Assembly (NCBI GenBank): GCA_020849325.1
Contig: JADLGL010000002.1
Span: 413-64,412 of the forward strand
From: Bauldia sp.
Lineage (GTDB): Bacteria; Pseudomonadota; Alphaproteobacteria; Rhizobiales; Kaistiaceae
Length of the DNA: 64,000 nucleotides
Direction: 5' to 3'
Shown here: one piece after another, positions 55,087 through 62,807 of the stretch
How the letters are laid out: every line of letters begins with the position of its first letter
Position numbering within the stretch: the first letter of the stretch is position 1
The notes under the pieces: model-generated
Seen by the model: the letters and a program-made list of their open reading frames with translations, nothing else
Databases searched by the model: none
What the model was told of the DNA's origin: nothing
Position numbers and translations under genes: made by a program

Positions 55087-56451
55087 TCAGGCCTCGGCGG
55101 CCGGCAGCGTCACCTCGGCCCGAAGGCCGCCATTGGGCGCGTCCGTGAGCCGGAACGTCCCTTTGTAGAGGGCCACGAGGTCGGTGACGATCGAGAGGCC
55201 GAGGCCGGAGCCGGGCTTCGATTCGTCGAGGCGCTTGCCGCGCCGCGTCGCTTCGGTGGCCTGCTCCGGCGTGAGGCCGGGGCCGTCGTCGTCGATGAAG
55301 AAGACGAGTTTCGCGCAATCCGCGGAATTCACGGGTTTTTGCGGCCGCACGGTGATCAGCACCTTCCCCGGCGCGTACTTGCACGCATTGTCGGTCAGGT
55401 TGCCGATGATCTCCTCGAGATCCTGCTGCTCGCCGCGGAATTTCGAGCCTTCGGCGACGTCGCAGGAGATGTGGATTTTCTTGTCCTCGTAGATTTTTCG
55501 CATCGCGCGGACGAAGCGGCTCACCACCGGCTGGACCGGCGTGATCGCGCCGAGCGCCTGCGAACTCGCGGCGATGCGGGCGCGGTCGAGATAGTGCGTC
55601 ACCTGCCGCGTCATCAGCTCGGCCTGCTCGGACACCTTCTTCGCCAGCGGCGACGAATCGGCGCGCGCCTCGTTGGTGATGACCGACAGCGGCGTCTTCA
55701 GCGCGTGGGCGAGATTGCCGACCTGGGTGCGGGCGCGCTCGACGATCTGCTGGTTCGAATCGAGGAGGGCGTTGAGCTCGCGGGCGAGCGGGGCGATCTC
55801 GGCGGGGTAGTTGCCATCGAACCGCGCCGCCTGGCCGGAGCGGATGTCGTGGAGGCCGCGCCGCACCCGGTCGAGCGGCCGGAGGCCCCAGCGCACCATG
55901 ATGAAGGTCGACAGGATCAGCACCAGCGCGAAGACGCCGAGGGTGACGATGACGCTCGTCCGGAACGAGGCGATGTCGCCCTGGAGCTCGGTGGCGTTGC
56001 CGGCGACGACGAGTTCGAAGCTGCCCGGCAGGTTCGGGAACGACACCGGCCGCACGACGCCGCGGAGGAGTTCGCCGGCGGGACCGGTCATGGCGAAGCG
56101 GCGAACGCCGCTCGCGTCGCTCTCGGCGGCCGGCGGCGGCTCGATCGACTGCAGGAGGAGCGAGCGCGACGTCAGCACCACGCGGCCGTCCTGCGACAGC
56201 TGCCAGTACCAGCCGGAGGCGATCGTCTCGAAGCGCGGCTCCCCGAGATCGCCTGGATCGGCGAGCGCGCTGCCTTCCTCGCTGAAGGCGCCGATCAGCG
56301 CCTCGCTGTAGCTCGTGATCCGCTCGTCGAAGCCGCGCTCCGCCGACTGGCGGTACAGCGAGGACAGGATGATCCCCGCCACGACGACCGCCACCGCGGT
56401 CCACAGCGCCGAGATCGCAACGAGCCGGACGGCGAGCGAGTTAAACCGCAT
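55087..56451 (-). CDS. Sensor histidine kinase (FeuQ/PhoQ-like architecture)
   Basis: 454-aa ORF. The ATG overlaps the regulator stop by 11 nt. TM, periplasmic loop, TM, HAMP, H-box GNLAHALKTPLS, DDDGPGL, GSGLGLSIV. Confidence 0.85.
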   Translation of the reverse strand: MRFNSLAVRLVAISALWTAVAVVVAGIILSSLYRQSAERGFDERITSYSEALIGAFSEEGSALADPGDLGEPRFETIASGWYWQLSQDGRVVLTSRSLLLQSIEPPPAAESDASGVRRFAMTGPAGELLRGVVRPVSFPNLPGSFELVVAGNATELQGDIASFRTSVIVTLGVFALVLILSTFIMVRWGLRPLDRVRRGLHDIRSGQAARFDGNYPAEIAPLARELNALLDSNQQIVERARTQVGNLAHALKTPLSVITNEARADSSPLAKKVSEQAELMTRQVTHYLDRARIAASSQALGAITPVQPVVSRFVRAMRKIYEDKKIHISCDVAEGSKFRGEQQDLEEIIGNLTDNACKYAPGKVLITVRPQKPVNSADCAKLVFFIDDDGPGLTPEQATEATRRGKRLDESKPGSGLGLSIVTDLVALYKGTFRLTDAPNGGLRAEVTLPAAEA

Positions 56452-57112
56452 CTGAGGGCGTGACGATCCGGTAGCCGAGGCCGCGCACGGTTTCGATCAA
56501 GTCGTTCGACACCTTCTTGCGGAGGCGGCCGACGAAGACCTCGATCGTGTTCGAGTCGCGGTCGAAATCCTGATCGTAGAGATGCTCGGTCAGCTCGGTG
56601 CGCGACACCACGCGATCGCGGTGGTGCATCAGATATTCGAGCACCTTGAACTCGTGCGAGGTGAGTTTCACCGGGTTGCCGTTGACCGACACGCGGCCCG
56701 ACCGGACGTCGAGCCGCACCGGCCCGCATTCGATCTCGTTCGAGGCGTGGCCTGCGGCACGGCGCACCAGCGCGCGGATGCGGGCGAGCACCTCTTCCAT
56801 GTGGAAAGGCTTCGCGACGTAGTCGTCGGCGCCGGCGTCGATGCCCTGCACCTTGTCGCTCCAACGGTCGCGCGCGGTGAGAATCAGCACCGGCATCGTG
56901 CGGCCGTCGCGGCGCCACTGCTCGAGCACCGAAATGCCGTCCATGATCGGCAGGCCGATGTCGAGGACGACGAGGTCGTACGGCTCGGTATCGCCGAGGA
57001 AGTGTCCGTCCTCGCCGTCCGTCGCGCTGTCCACGGCATAGCCGGCCTCGGTCAAAGCCGTGACCATCTGCCGGTTCAGGTCCGGGTCATCCTCGACCAC
57101 CAGAATCCGCAT
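56441..57112 (-). CDS. OmpR/PhoB-family response regulator (FeuP-like)
   Basis: I prefer the ATG at 57112 (MRILVVEDDPDL) inside track ORF 56441..57172. Receiver plus winged-helix domain (VRGLGYRI). Confidence 0.88.
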   Translation of the reverse strand: MRILVVEDDPDLNRQMVTALTEAGYAVDSATDGEDGHFLGDTEPYDLVVLDIGLPIMDGISVLEQWRRDGRTMPVLILTARDRWSDKVQGIDAGADDYVAKPFHMEEVLARIRALVRRAAGHASNEIECGPVRLDVRSGRVSVNGNPVKLTSHEFKVLEYLMHHRDRVVSRTELTEHLYDQDFDRDSNTIEVFVGRLRKKVSNDLIETVRGLGYRIVTPSDAV

Positions 57113-57152
57113 GTGCCCCACCCTGCCATCGGACACGAGGTGCCGAACACCC

Positions 57153-57461
57153 CTAACCGACGATCGATCCATTGGCGGCGCTGATGATCACCCGGCGTAC
57201 TGCACCGCCGGCACCCAGCGCATTGATCACGTAGACGTACTGTCCATTGAACATGCAGAAGTCGGCGGACACAATCTGTCCGACGCCTCCCCGCTGGGCC
57301 GCGGTGGAGAGGCTGAGGAGGGCAGGGTTCTGGGCGAGGACCGATCGGGCCGCGTCCTGGGACATGCAGCTCAGCTGCGCCGCCTGCTGGGCGGGGGCAG
57401 GGCCGGCTGCCGCGATCAGCGCGGAAGCGACCAGAGCCGTTGTGAGAGCTTTCCTAAACAT
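57153..57461 (-). CDS. Small secreted PepSY-like protein (FeuN-like position)
   Basis: ATG at 57461 (MFRKALTTALVASALIAAAGPAPAQQ, a signal peptide). C-terminal pattern GQIVSADFCMFNGQYVYVINALGAGGAVRRVIISAANGSIVG fits a PepSY-like fold. No SD is visible upstream. Confidence 0.6.
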   Translation of the reverse strand: MFRKALTTALVASALIAAAGPAPAQQAAQLSCMSQDAARSVLAQNPALLSLSTAAQRGGVGQIVSADFCMFNGQYVYVINALGAGGAVRRVIISAANGSIVG

Positions 57462-57485
57462 GAGGCAATTTCTAGGTTTCCCCAC

Positions 57486-57507
57486 CTGAATGCGGTCTGA
57501 ATGCGGC
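57486..57507. promoter_or_regulatory. Exact 10-bp direct repeat at 11-bp period upstream of the FeuN-like gene (candidate response-regulator box)
   Basis: CTGAATGCGG at 57486-57495 and again at 57497-57506. It sits in the 48-bp gap between the ycgN stop (57510) and the ATG at 57461. A TAGAAA-like -10 element lies between the repeat and the ATG on the minus strand. Confidence 0.4.
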
Positions 57508-57509
57508 CT

Positions 57510-58061
57510 TCAGCTTCGGCTGCGGCGCGCCCCGCTCTTCAACCGGAGAGCGGCAGGATCCGCGCCCTCGTCGTCCTCGTCCGGCCAGGCAAAGATGAGG
57601 TTTTCCCACGCTTCGAAGGGCACGGTCAGCTCGGTCACCGCGAGGCCCCGGACCGAGATGCCCGCCGTGTGTACGGTTTCGGCATCGCCCGAGACCAGCG
57701 GGTGCCACCAGTAGAGGTCGCGCCCCTCCTCGATCAGCCGGTAGGCGCAGGTGGGCGGCAGCCAGGCGAGGCTGCGGACGAGTTCCGGCGTGAGCTGGAG
57801 GCAATCCGGCACCTTGGCCTTGCGGTTCGGATAGTCGGAGCAGCGGCAGCTCGCGGTGTCGAGGAGCCGGCAGGACACCGCCGTCCACGCAATGGCGCCG
57901 CTGTCCTCGTCCTCGAGCTTGTTGAGGCAGCAGCGGCCACAGCCGTCGCAGAGCGATTCCCACTCCGCCGCCGACATCTCCTCGAGTTCGAGGCGCTGCC
58001 AGAACGGAACCTCGGGTGCCTGCGGCTCCTCCGTGGAGCGTGATCTGCCGGACCTTGCCAA
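57510..58061 (-). CDS. ycgN: YcgN-family cysteine-cluster protein (UPF0260)
   Basis: Inside track ORF 57510..58241. The conserved [29 protein letters not shown] block precedes the first ATG, so a non-ATG start is needed. TTG at 58061 has GGAGG (58067-58071) 5 nt upstream. Confidence 0.65.
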   Translation of the reverse strand: MARSGRSRSTEEPQAPEVPFWQRLELEEMSAAEWESLCDGCGRCCLNKLEDEDSGAIAWTAVSCRLLDTASCRCSDYPNRKAKVPDCLQLTPELVRSLAWLPPTCAYRLIEEGRDLYWWHPLVSGDAETVHTAGISVRGLAVTELTVPFEAWENLIFAWPDEDDEGADPAALRLKSGARRSRS

Positions 58062-58127
58062 CGCTGCCTCCAAGGCCCGACACTCCGCCGGAGCCACCGA
58101 ACCGAACTCCGCGGGGAGCCCGCGACC

Positions 58128-60233
58128 TTGCGCCGCCCGGCGACCAGAGGACCAACCCGCCCACGCACGGGCGACCGGGCGCTCGCGGCGGCCGGTCGCC
58201 TGCTCAGCCGCGTTCCCACCGGAATTGCCGCCTTCTATCACGGCCTCGACCGGGCGCTTTCACGACTTCGCGTTCGCGGACTTCGCCGAATCGCGGTGGA
58301 AGCGGTCGGCGACGGCCTCACGCTGTTCGCCGCGGGCGCGGTCCTGACGCTCGCCCTCGCCCTCCCGGCGATGGAGACGACGAAGACCGACTGGCGGTCG
58401 CAGGGCGACTATGCGGTGACGTTCCTCGACCAGAACGGCGTCGAGATCGGCCGGCGCGGCATCCGGCAGCTCGAAAGCGTCCCGATCGCCGAGATGCCGG
58501 ACTACCTCATCGCTTCGGTGCTCTCGACCGAGGACCGGCGCTTCTACACCCATTTCGGCGTCGACGTTTTCGGCACCGCCCGCGCGCTGATCGAGAACGT
58601 CCGCGCCGGCACCGTCGTCCAGGGCGGCTCGTCGATCACGCAGCAGGTAGCGCGGCTCCTGTTCCTGTCGAACGACCGGACGGTGGAGCGAAAGATCCAG
58701 GAGGCGTTCATCGCCGTCTGGCTCGACGTGAACCTCTCGAAGGACGAGATCCTGAAGCTCTATCTCGACCGCGGCTATCTCGGCGCCGGAAATTTTGGCG
58801 TGGCAGCGGCTTCGCAGTATTACTTCAACAAACCCGTGCAGGAGCTGAGCCTCGCCGAAGCGGCGATGCTGGCCGGGCTCTTCCAGGCGCCGACGCGGTA
58901 CGCGCCGCACGTGAACCTTCCCGCCGCGCGCGCCCGCGCCAACGAGGTGCTGACCAATCTCGTCCAGGCGGGCTACCTCACCGAAGGCCAGGTGATCGGT
59001 GCCCGCCGCCGGCCGGCGAGCGTGGTGTCGCAGGAGCGGCCGACGACGCCGGACTATTTCCTCGACTGGGCGTTCGAGGAGGTGAAGGCGCTGGTGCCGA
59101 CCGGCGACCGCATCCTCACCGTCCGGACGACGCTCGACACCGGCATCCAGCGCGCGGCGGAGGATGCGCTCCAGTCGACGCTCCGCCAGTCGGGCGAGGC
59201 GTTCAGCGTGCGGCAGGGGGCGGCAGTGATCCTCGAGCCCGACGGCGCCGTGCGCGCGATGGTGGGCGGGCAGGATTATGGCGAGAGCCAGTTCAACCGC
59301 GCCGTCAGCGCGCGGCGGCAGCCCGGCTCGGCGTTCAAGCCGTTCGTCTACGCGACGGCGATGATGAACGGCTACACGCCCGACAGCGTCGTGCCCGATG
59401 CGCCGATCACCATCGGCGACTGGTCGCCGCGGAATTTTTCGGGCGGCTATTCCGGCCCGGTGACGCTGACGACCGCGCTCGTCCAGTCGATCAACACGGT
59501 GCCGGTCCGCCTCGGCCAGGCGATCGGGCGCGAGCTGATCGCGGAGACGGCGCACCGGATGGGCATCACCTCCAGCATCGCCATCACGCGGTCGCTGCCG
59601 CTCGGCAGTTCCGAGGTGAGCGTGATCGACATGGCGGCGGCTTACGCGGTGTTCGCCAATGGCGGCATGGCCGCGCCGGCCTTCGGGATCGAGACGATCG
59701 TCAACAGCCGGGGCGTCACCGTCTTCAGCCACGACGCCCTCCCCGCGCCGGAGCGCGTCCTCCCCGAGGAGGTCGTGGCGGAGATGAACGGCATGATGGT
59801 GCAGGTCCCGGAGTGGGGTACCGGGCGCGGCGCAAAACTCGACGGCATCCCGACGGCGGGGAAGACCGGCACCACGAGTTCGTTTCGGGACGCCTGGTTC
59901 GTCGGCTTCACCGGCAATTATGTCGGCGCGATCTGGTTCGGGAACGACAACTACACCGCGACCGCGAACCTCACCGGCGGCACCCTCCCCGCCCAGACCT
60001 GGAAGGCGGTGATGACCACCGCCCATGCCGGCATCGACCTCGTGCCGATCCCGTTCGTCGAACGCCCGGAATACGAAGCGGCGCGGGTGGCGCGCGCCGC
60101 GGCGGTGGACGCGGCGATCGCGGCGCTGCCGGTCATCGAGATCCCGCCGCCACCCCTCGGCACGGCAGCGCAGGCGCAGCTCGAGGCGCTGGGCGCGCTG
60201 CTTGGTGGCATTGGCGCGGCGGAGCCACGCTAG
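58128..60233 (+). CDS. Class A penicillin-binding protein (transglycosylase/transpeptidase, PBP1A family)
   Basis: 701-aa ORF. GT51 motifs [25 protein letters not shown]. Transpeptidase motifs SAFKPF (SxxK), SIN, KTGTT. The TTG start at 58128 is uncertain; an in-frame GTG occurs just before the TM segment. Confidence 0.85.
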   Translation: MRRPATRGPTRPRTGDRALAAAGRLLSRVPTGIAAFYHGLDRALSRLRVRGLRRIAVEAVGDGLTLFAAGAVLTLALALPAMETTKTDWRSQGDYAVTFLDQNGVEIGRRGIRQLESVPIAEMPDYLIASVLSTEDRRFYTHFGVDVFGTARALIENVRAGTVVQGGSSITQQVARLLFLSNDRTVERKIQEAFIAVWLDVNLSKDEILKLYLDRGYLGAGNFGVAAASQYYFNKPVQELSLAEAAMLAGLFQAPTRYAPHVNLPAARARANEVLTNLVQAGYLTEGQVIGARRRPASVVSQERPTTPDYFLDWAFEEVKALVPTGDRILTVRTTLDTGIQRAAEDALQSTLRQSGEAFSVRQGAAVILEPDGAVRAMVGGQDYGESQFNRAVSARRQPGSAFKPFVYATAMMNGYTPDSVVPDAPITIGDWSPRNFSGGYSGPVTLTTALVQSINTVPVRLGQAIGRELIAETAHRMGITSSIAITRSLPLGSSEVSVIDMAAAYAVFANGGMAAPAFGIETIVNSRGVTVFSHDALPAPERVLPEEVVAEMNGMMVQVPEWGTGRGAKLDGIPTAGKTGTTSSFRDAWFVGFTGNYVGAIWFGNDNYTATANLTGGTLPAQTWKAVMTTAHAGIDLVPIPFVERPEYEAARVARAAAVDAAIAALPVIEIPPPPLGTAAQAQLEALGALLGGIGAAEPR

Positions 60234-60269
60234 CTCCATCACCACGAAACTCGCGGAAGAACTGCCATT

Positions 60270-60424
60270 CTTGAGCCTCCCCCTTGCGGGGAGGCGGAAG
60301 GCAGCAAGCGCAGCGCAGCTGCCTTCGGAGGGGGTCGCGGCCTCGGTCCGAGCCCTGCCGTGGGGCCGACCCCCTCCCGAACCGGCTTCGCCGGTTCGAC
60401 CTCCCCGCAAGGGGGAGGTTCAAG
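60270..60424. repeat. Family A repeat (copy 2), inverted relative to copy 1
   Basis: CTTGAGCCTCCCCCTTGCGGGGAGG ... CCTCCCCGCAAGGGGGAGGTTCAAG. The flanking ACTGCCA (60261-60267) and TGGCAGT (60425-60431) extend the inverted ends. Confidence 0.8.
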
Positions 60425-60544
60425 TGGCAGTCCAGCCTGGCCCAGCGACGCGCGCCCTGGCGCCGTCCCGGAGCATCGCCGCCCAAACAGTTGGGGGCGG
60501 TCCGTAAAGGCCGCCCCCGAACACTTCGCCCTGCGGCGTCGGCG

Positions 60545-62470
60545 TTAGCCGATCGTCGCGCCGTCGGTGCGCCAGACGGCCACGACGCAGGAGCGCGGCA
60601 GCATGCCTTCGCCGTCCGGGAACGGCGCGCCGGGGTGCTGGATGCCGACGAACATCGTGCGGCGGTCCGACGACCAGGTCAGGCCGGTCACTTCCGAGCC
60701 GAGCGGGCCGGTGAGGAAGCGGCGGATCTCCCCGCTGATCGGGTCGCCGGCCAGCATCTGGTTGTTGCCCATGCCGACGTATTCGCCCTCGTTCGAGTCC
60801 GAACCGTCGGTCTGGATCCAGACCATGCCGGTCGTGTCGACGACGAGGCCGTCGGGCGAGTTGAACATGTTGGCCGGGTTGATGTTGCCACTGCCGGCGT
60901 AGGCGCCCTCGCCCACGGTCGGGTTGCCGGCCATGACGTAGAGGTCCCACGCGAAGGTATCGGCAGCGTGGTCTTCGCCTTCCGGACGCCAGCGGACGAT
61001 CTGGCCGTAGTTGTTCATCTCGCGCGGGTTGACGCCGTTGACCGTCATCGGATCGCCGCCGGCATTGGTGCGGACGGCGCCGGCGTCGGTCAGGACGCCG
61101 CGATTGCTGTTGTTGGTGAGGCAGCAATAGGCCTCGACCGCAACCGGGTTGACCGCGACCCACTCAGGACGGTCCATCGTGGTGGCACCCACCGCCGAAC
61201 CGGCGGTGCGGGTGAAGATGGCGATCCCGGCGGCCGACATGCCGGTCGCCTCGGGGGTGAGGGCGACCCAGCGGCCGGTCATGTCGTCGTTGAACTGCGC
61301 GACGTAGAGCTGGCCTTCGTTGAGGAGCGTCGACGTATCGCCGCCCTCCACATACGCGTCGCGCGAGACCCAGCGGTAGAGGAACTCGCCGCGCTCGTCG
61401 TCGCCGAGATAGACGACCACGCGGCCGTCGGGGGCGACCGCCGAAGCGGCGTTCTCGTGCTTGAAGCGGCCGAGCGCGGTGCGCTTGACCGGCATCGATT
61501 CCGGGTTGGCGGGATCGATCTCGACGATGAAGCCGGCACGGTGCGGCTCGTTCGGGTTGACCGAGACGTCGAAGCGCGGGTCGAACAAGTGATAGTTGTA
61601 GCCGCCGCCACCCGCGGAGATGCCGTAGCGGGCGTAGCCGGCGGCGATCGCCGCATCGGTCGGGAGACCGCTATTGGCGCCGAAGTAGCCGTTGAAGTTC
61701 TCCTCGCAGGTCAGGTACGTGCCCCACGGGGTACGGCCCGCGCCGCAATTGTTGAACGTGCCGAGCGACGTCGTGCCGGTCGGATCGGCCTCGGTCTTGA
61801 GAAGGTCGTGGCCGGCGGCCGGACCCTCGATCACGGTCGGCGTGTTGTGCGTGACGCGGCGGTTGTAGGGGCTGTCGACGACGATTTCCCAGCCGTTCGC
61901 GCCTTCGGCGATCTCGAGGACGTTCACGCCCTGGAGGTTCTGCAGCTTGAGGACGTCCTCGGCGCTCGCCGGCATGCCGTCGGCGGTGTGCGGGAGGTTG
62001 ATGTCGTTGTTGGTGTACTCGCTGTTCACGACGAGGATTTCGTGCCCGTCGATGCTGAACAGCTCCATGCCGTCGGTGTTCTCGCCGAAGACGCGGTCGG
62101 AATCTTCCACCGAGCCGCCGGTCGCGTGGTCGAACTCGGCGGCGTCGGAGAACAGGCGATCGCCCCAGCGGACGAGAACGCGCCAGTCATAGCCGTCCGG
62201 CACGTGGATCGTGCTGTCGGTCTGGGCCGCGATGCCTTCGAAGGCAAAGCGGCTGGCGCCCTGCGCGTAGGCTTCGATGCCGCGGAAGAACGTCGAGCCC
62301 ATGAGCGCCGCGCCCGAACCGACCGCCAGCACGCCGAGGAAGCCGCGGCGCGAAATGGCGCGTTCCACCACCCGGTCGAATTCCTGGACCGTCGGCCGCG
62401 GGAACATGACCTCGTCCCACTCGTCCGCCGAAAGCCTCGTTCCGTCAGAGTTCTTCACGTCCGCCTCCAT
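60545..62470 (-). CDS. phoX: PhoX-family alkaline phosphatase (DUF839), Tat-exported
   Basis: ATG at 62470 (MEADVKNSDG) inside track ORF 60545..62554; the longer start would place the Pho boxes inside coding sequence. Twin-arginine motif SRRGFLGVLAVGSGAALMG. Beta-propeller-like repeats. Confidence 0.85.
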   Translation of the reverse strand: MEADVKNSDGTRLSADEWDEVMFPRPTVQEFDRVVERAISRRGFLGVLAVGSGAALMGSTFFRGIEAYAQGASRFAFEGIAAQTDSTIHVPDGYDWRVLVRWGDRLFSDAAEFDHATGGSVEDSDRVFGENTDGMELFSIDGHEILVVNSEYTNNDINLPHTADGMPASAEDVLKLQNLQGVNVLEIAEGANGWEIVVDSPYNRRVTHNTPTVIEGPAAGHDLLKTEADPTGTTSLGTFNNCGAGRTPWGTYLTCEENFNGYFGANSGLPTDAAIAAGYARYGISAGGGGYNYHLFDPRFDVSVNPNEPHRAGFIVEIDPANPESMPVKRTALGRFKHENAASAVAPDGRVVVYLGDDERGEFLYRWVSRDAYVEGGDTSTLLNEGQLYVAQFNDDMTGRWVALTPEATGMSAAGIAIFTRTAGSAVGATTMDRPEWVAVNPVAVEAYCCLTNNSNRGVLTDAGAVRTNAGGDPMTVNGVNPREMNNYGQIVRWRPEGEDHAADTFAWDLYVMAGNPTVGEGAYAGSGNINPANMFNSPDGLVVDTTGMVWIQTDGSDSNEGEYVGMGNNQMLAGDPISGEIRRFLTGPLGSEVTGLTWSSDRRTMFVGIQHPGAPFPDGEGMLPRSCVVAVWRTDGATIG

Positions 62471-62506
62471 GAGCGTTTGGATTTGGAGCAGTCTTAAAGT
62501 GGGCGG

Positions 62507-62546
62507 ATGACAGTCCCGCGGAGGGCGAATGACAGGTCGATGACGC
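62507..62546 (-). promoter_or_regulatory. Pho boxes (PhoB-binding direct repeats) upstream of phoX
   Basis: On the minus strand: GCGTCAT (62546-62540), 4-nt spacer, CTGTCAT (62535-62529), then CTGTCAT (62513-62507) exactly 22 nt further on. All three are on the 11-bp period of the CTGTCAT-N4-CTGTCAT consensus and lie 37-76 nt upstream of the ATG. Confidence 0.7.
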
Positions 62547-62706
62547 CCACGCACCGAAGCGCCGCAGGCGCCTCGCGGTCGCGGGCACCGGGCGAGCTCA
62601 CGGCCGGAAGACAGTGTTCCGCGGGAACGGCTTGCGCGGCCGACACACCGGGAGGCTCCGGCCGGAACGACGTTTTGGCAGTGGAGGGGACCATGCCGCG
62701 CGGCTA

Positions 62707-62807
62707 GAGCATGATCCGTTGAAGTCGGATCATGCTCGTCGCCCTATTCCTTGATGGAGCATGATCTTTTTTCGGAGAACCGGCAGCCGCTTCTTCGGAT
62801 CATGCTC
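62707..62807. repeat. Family E double-hairpin repeat (copy 2)
   Basis: GAGCATGATCC-GTTGAAGTC-GGATCATGCTC (62707-62737), a linker, then GAGCATGATC (62757-62766) ... CGGAGAA/TTCTTCG inner stem ... GATCATGCTC (62798-62807). The last base is shared with the glycosyltransferase stop codon. Confidence 0.85.
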
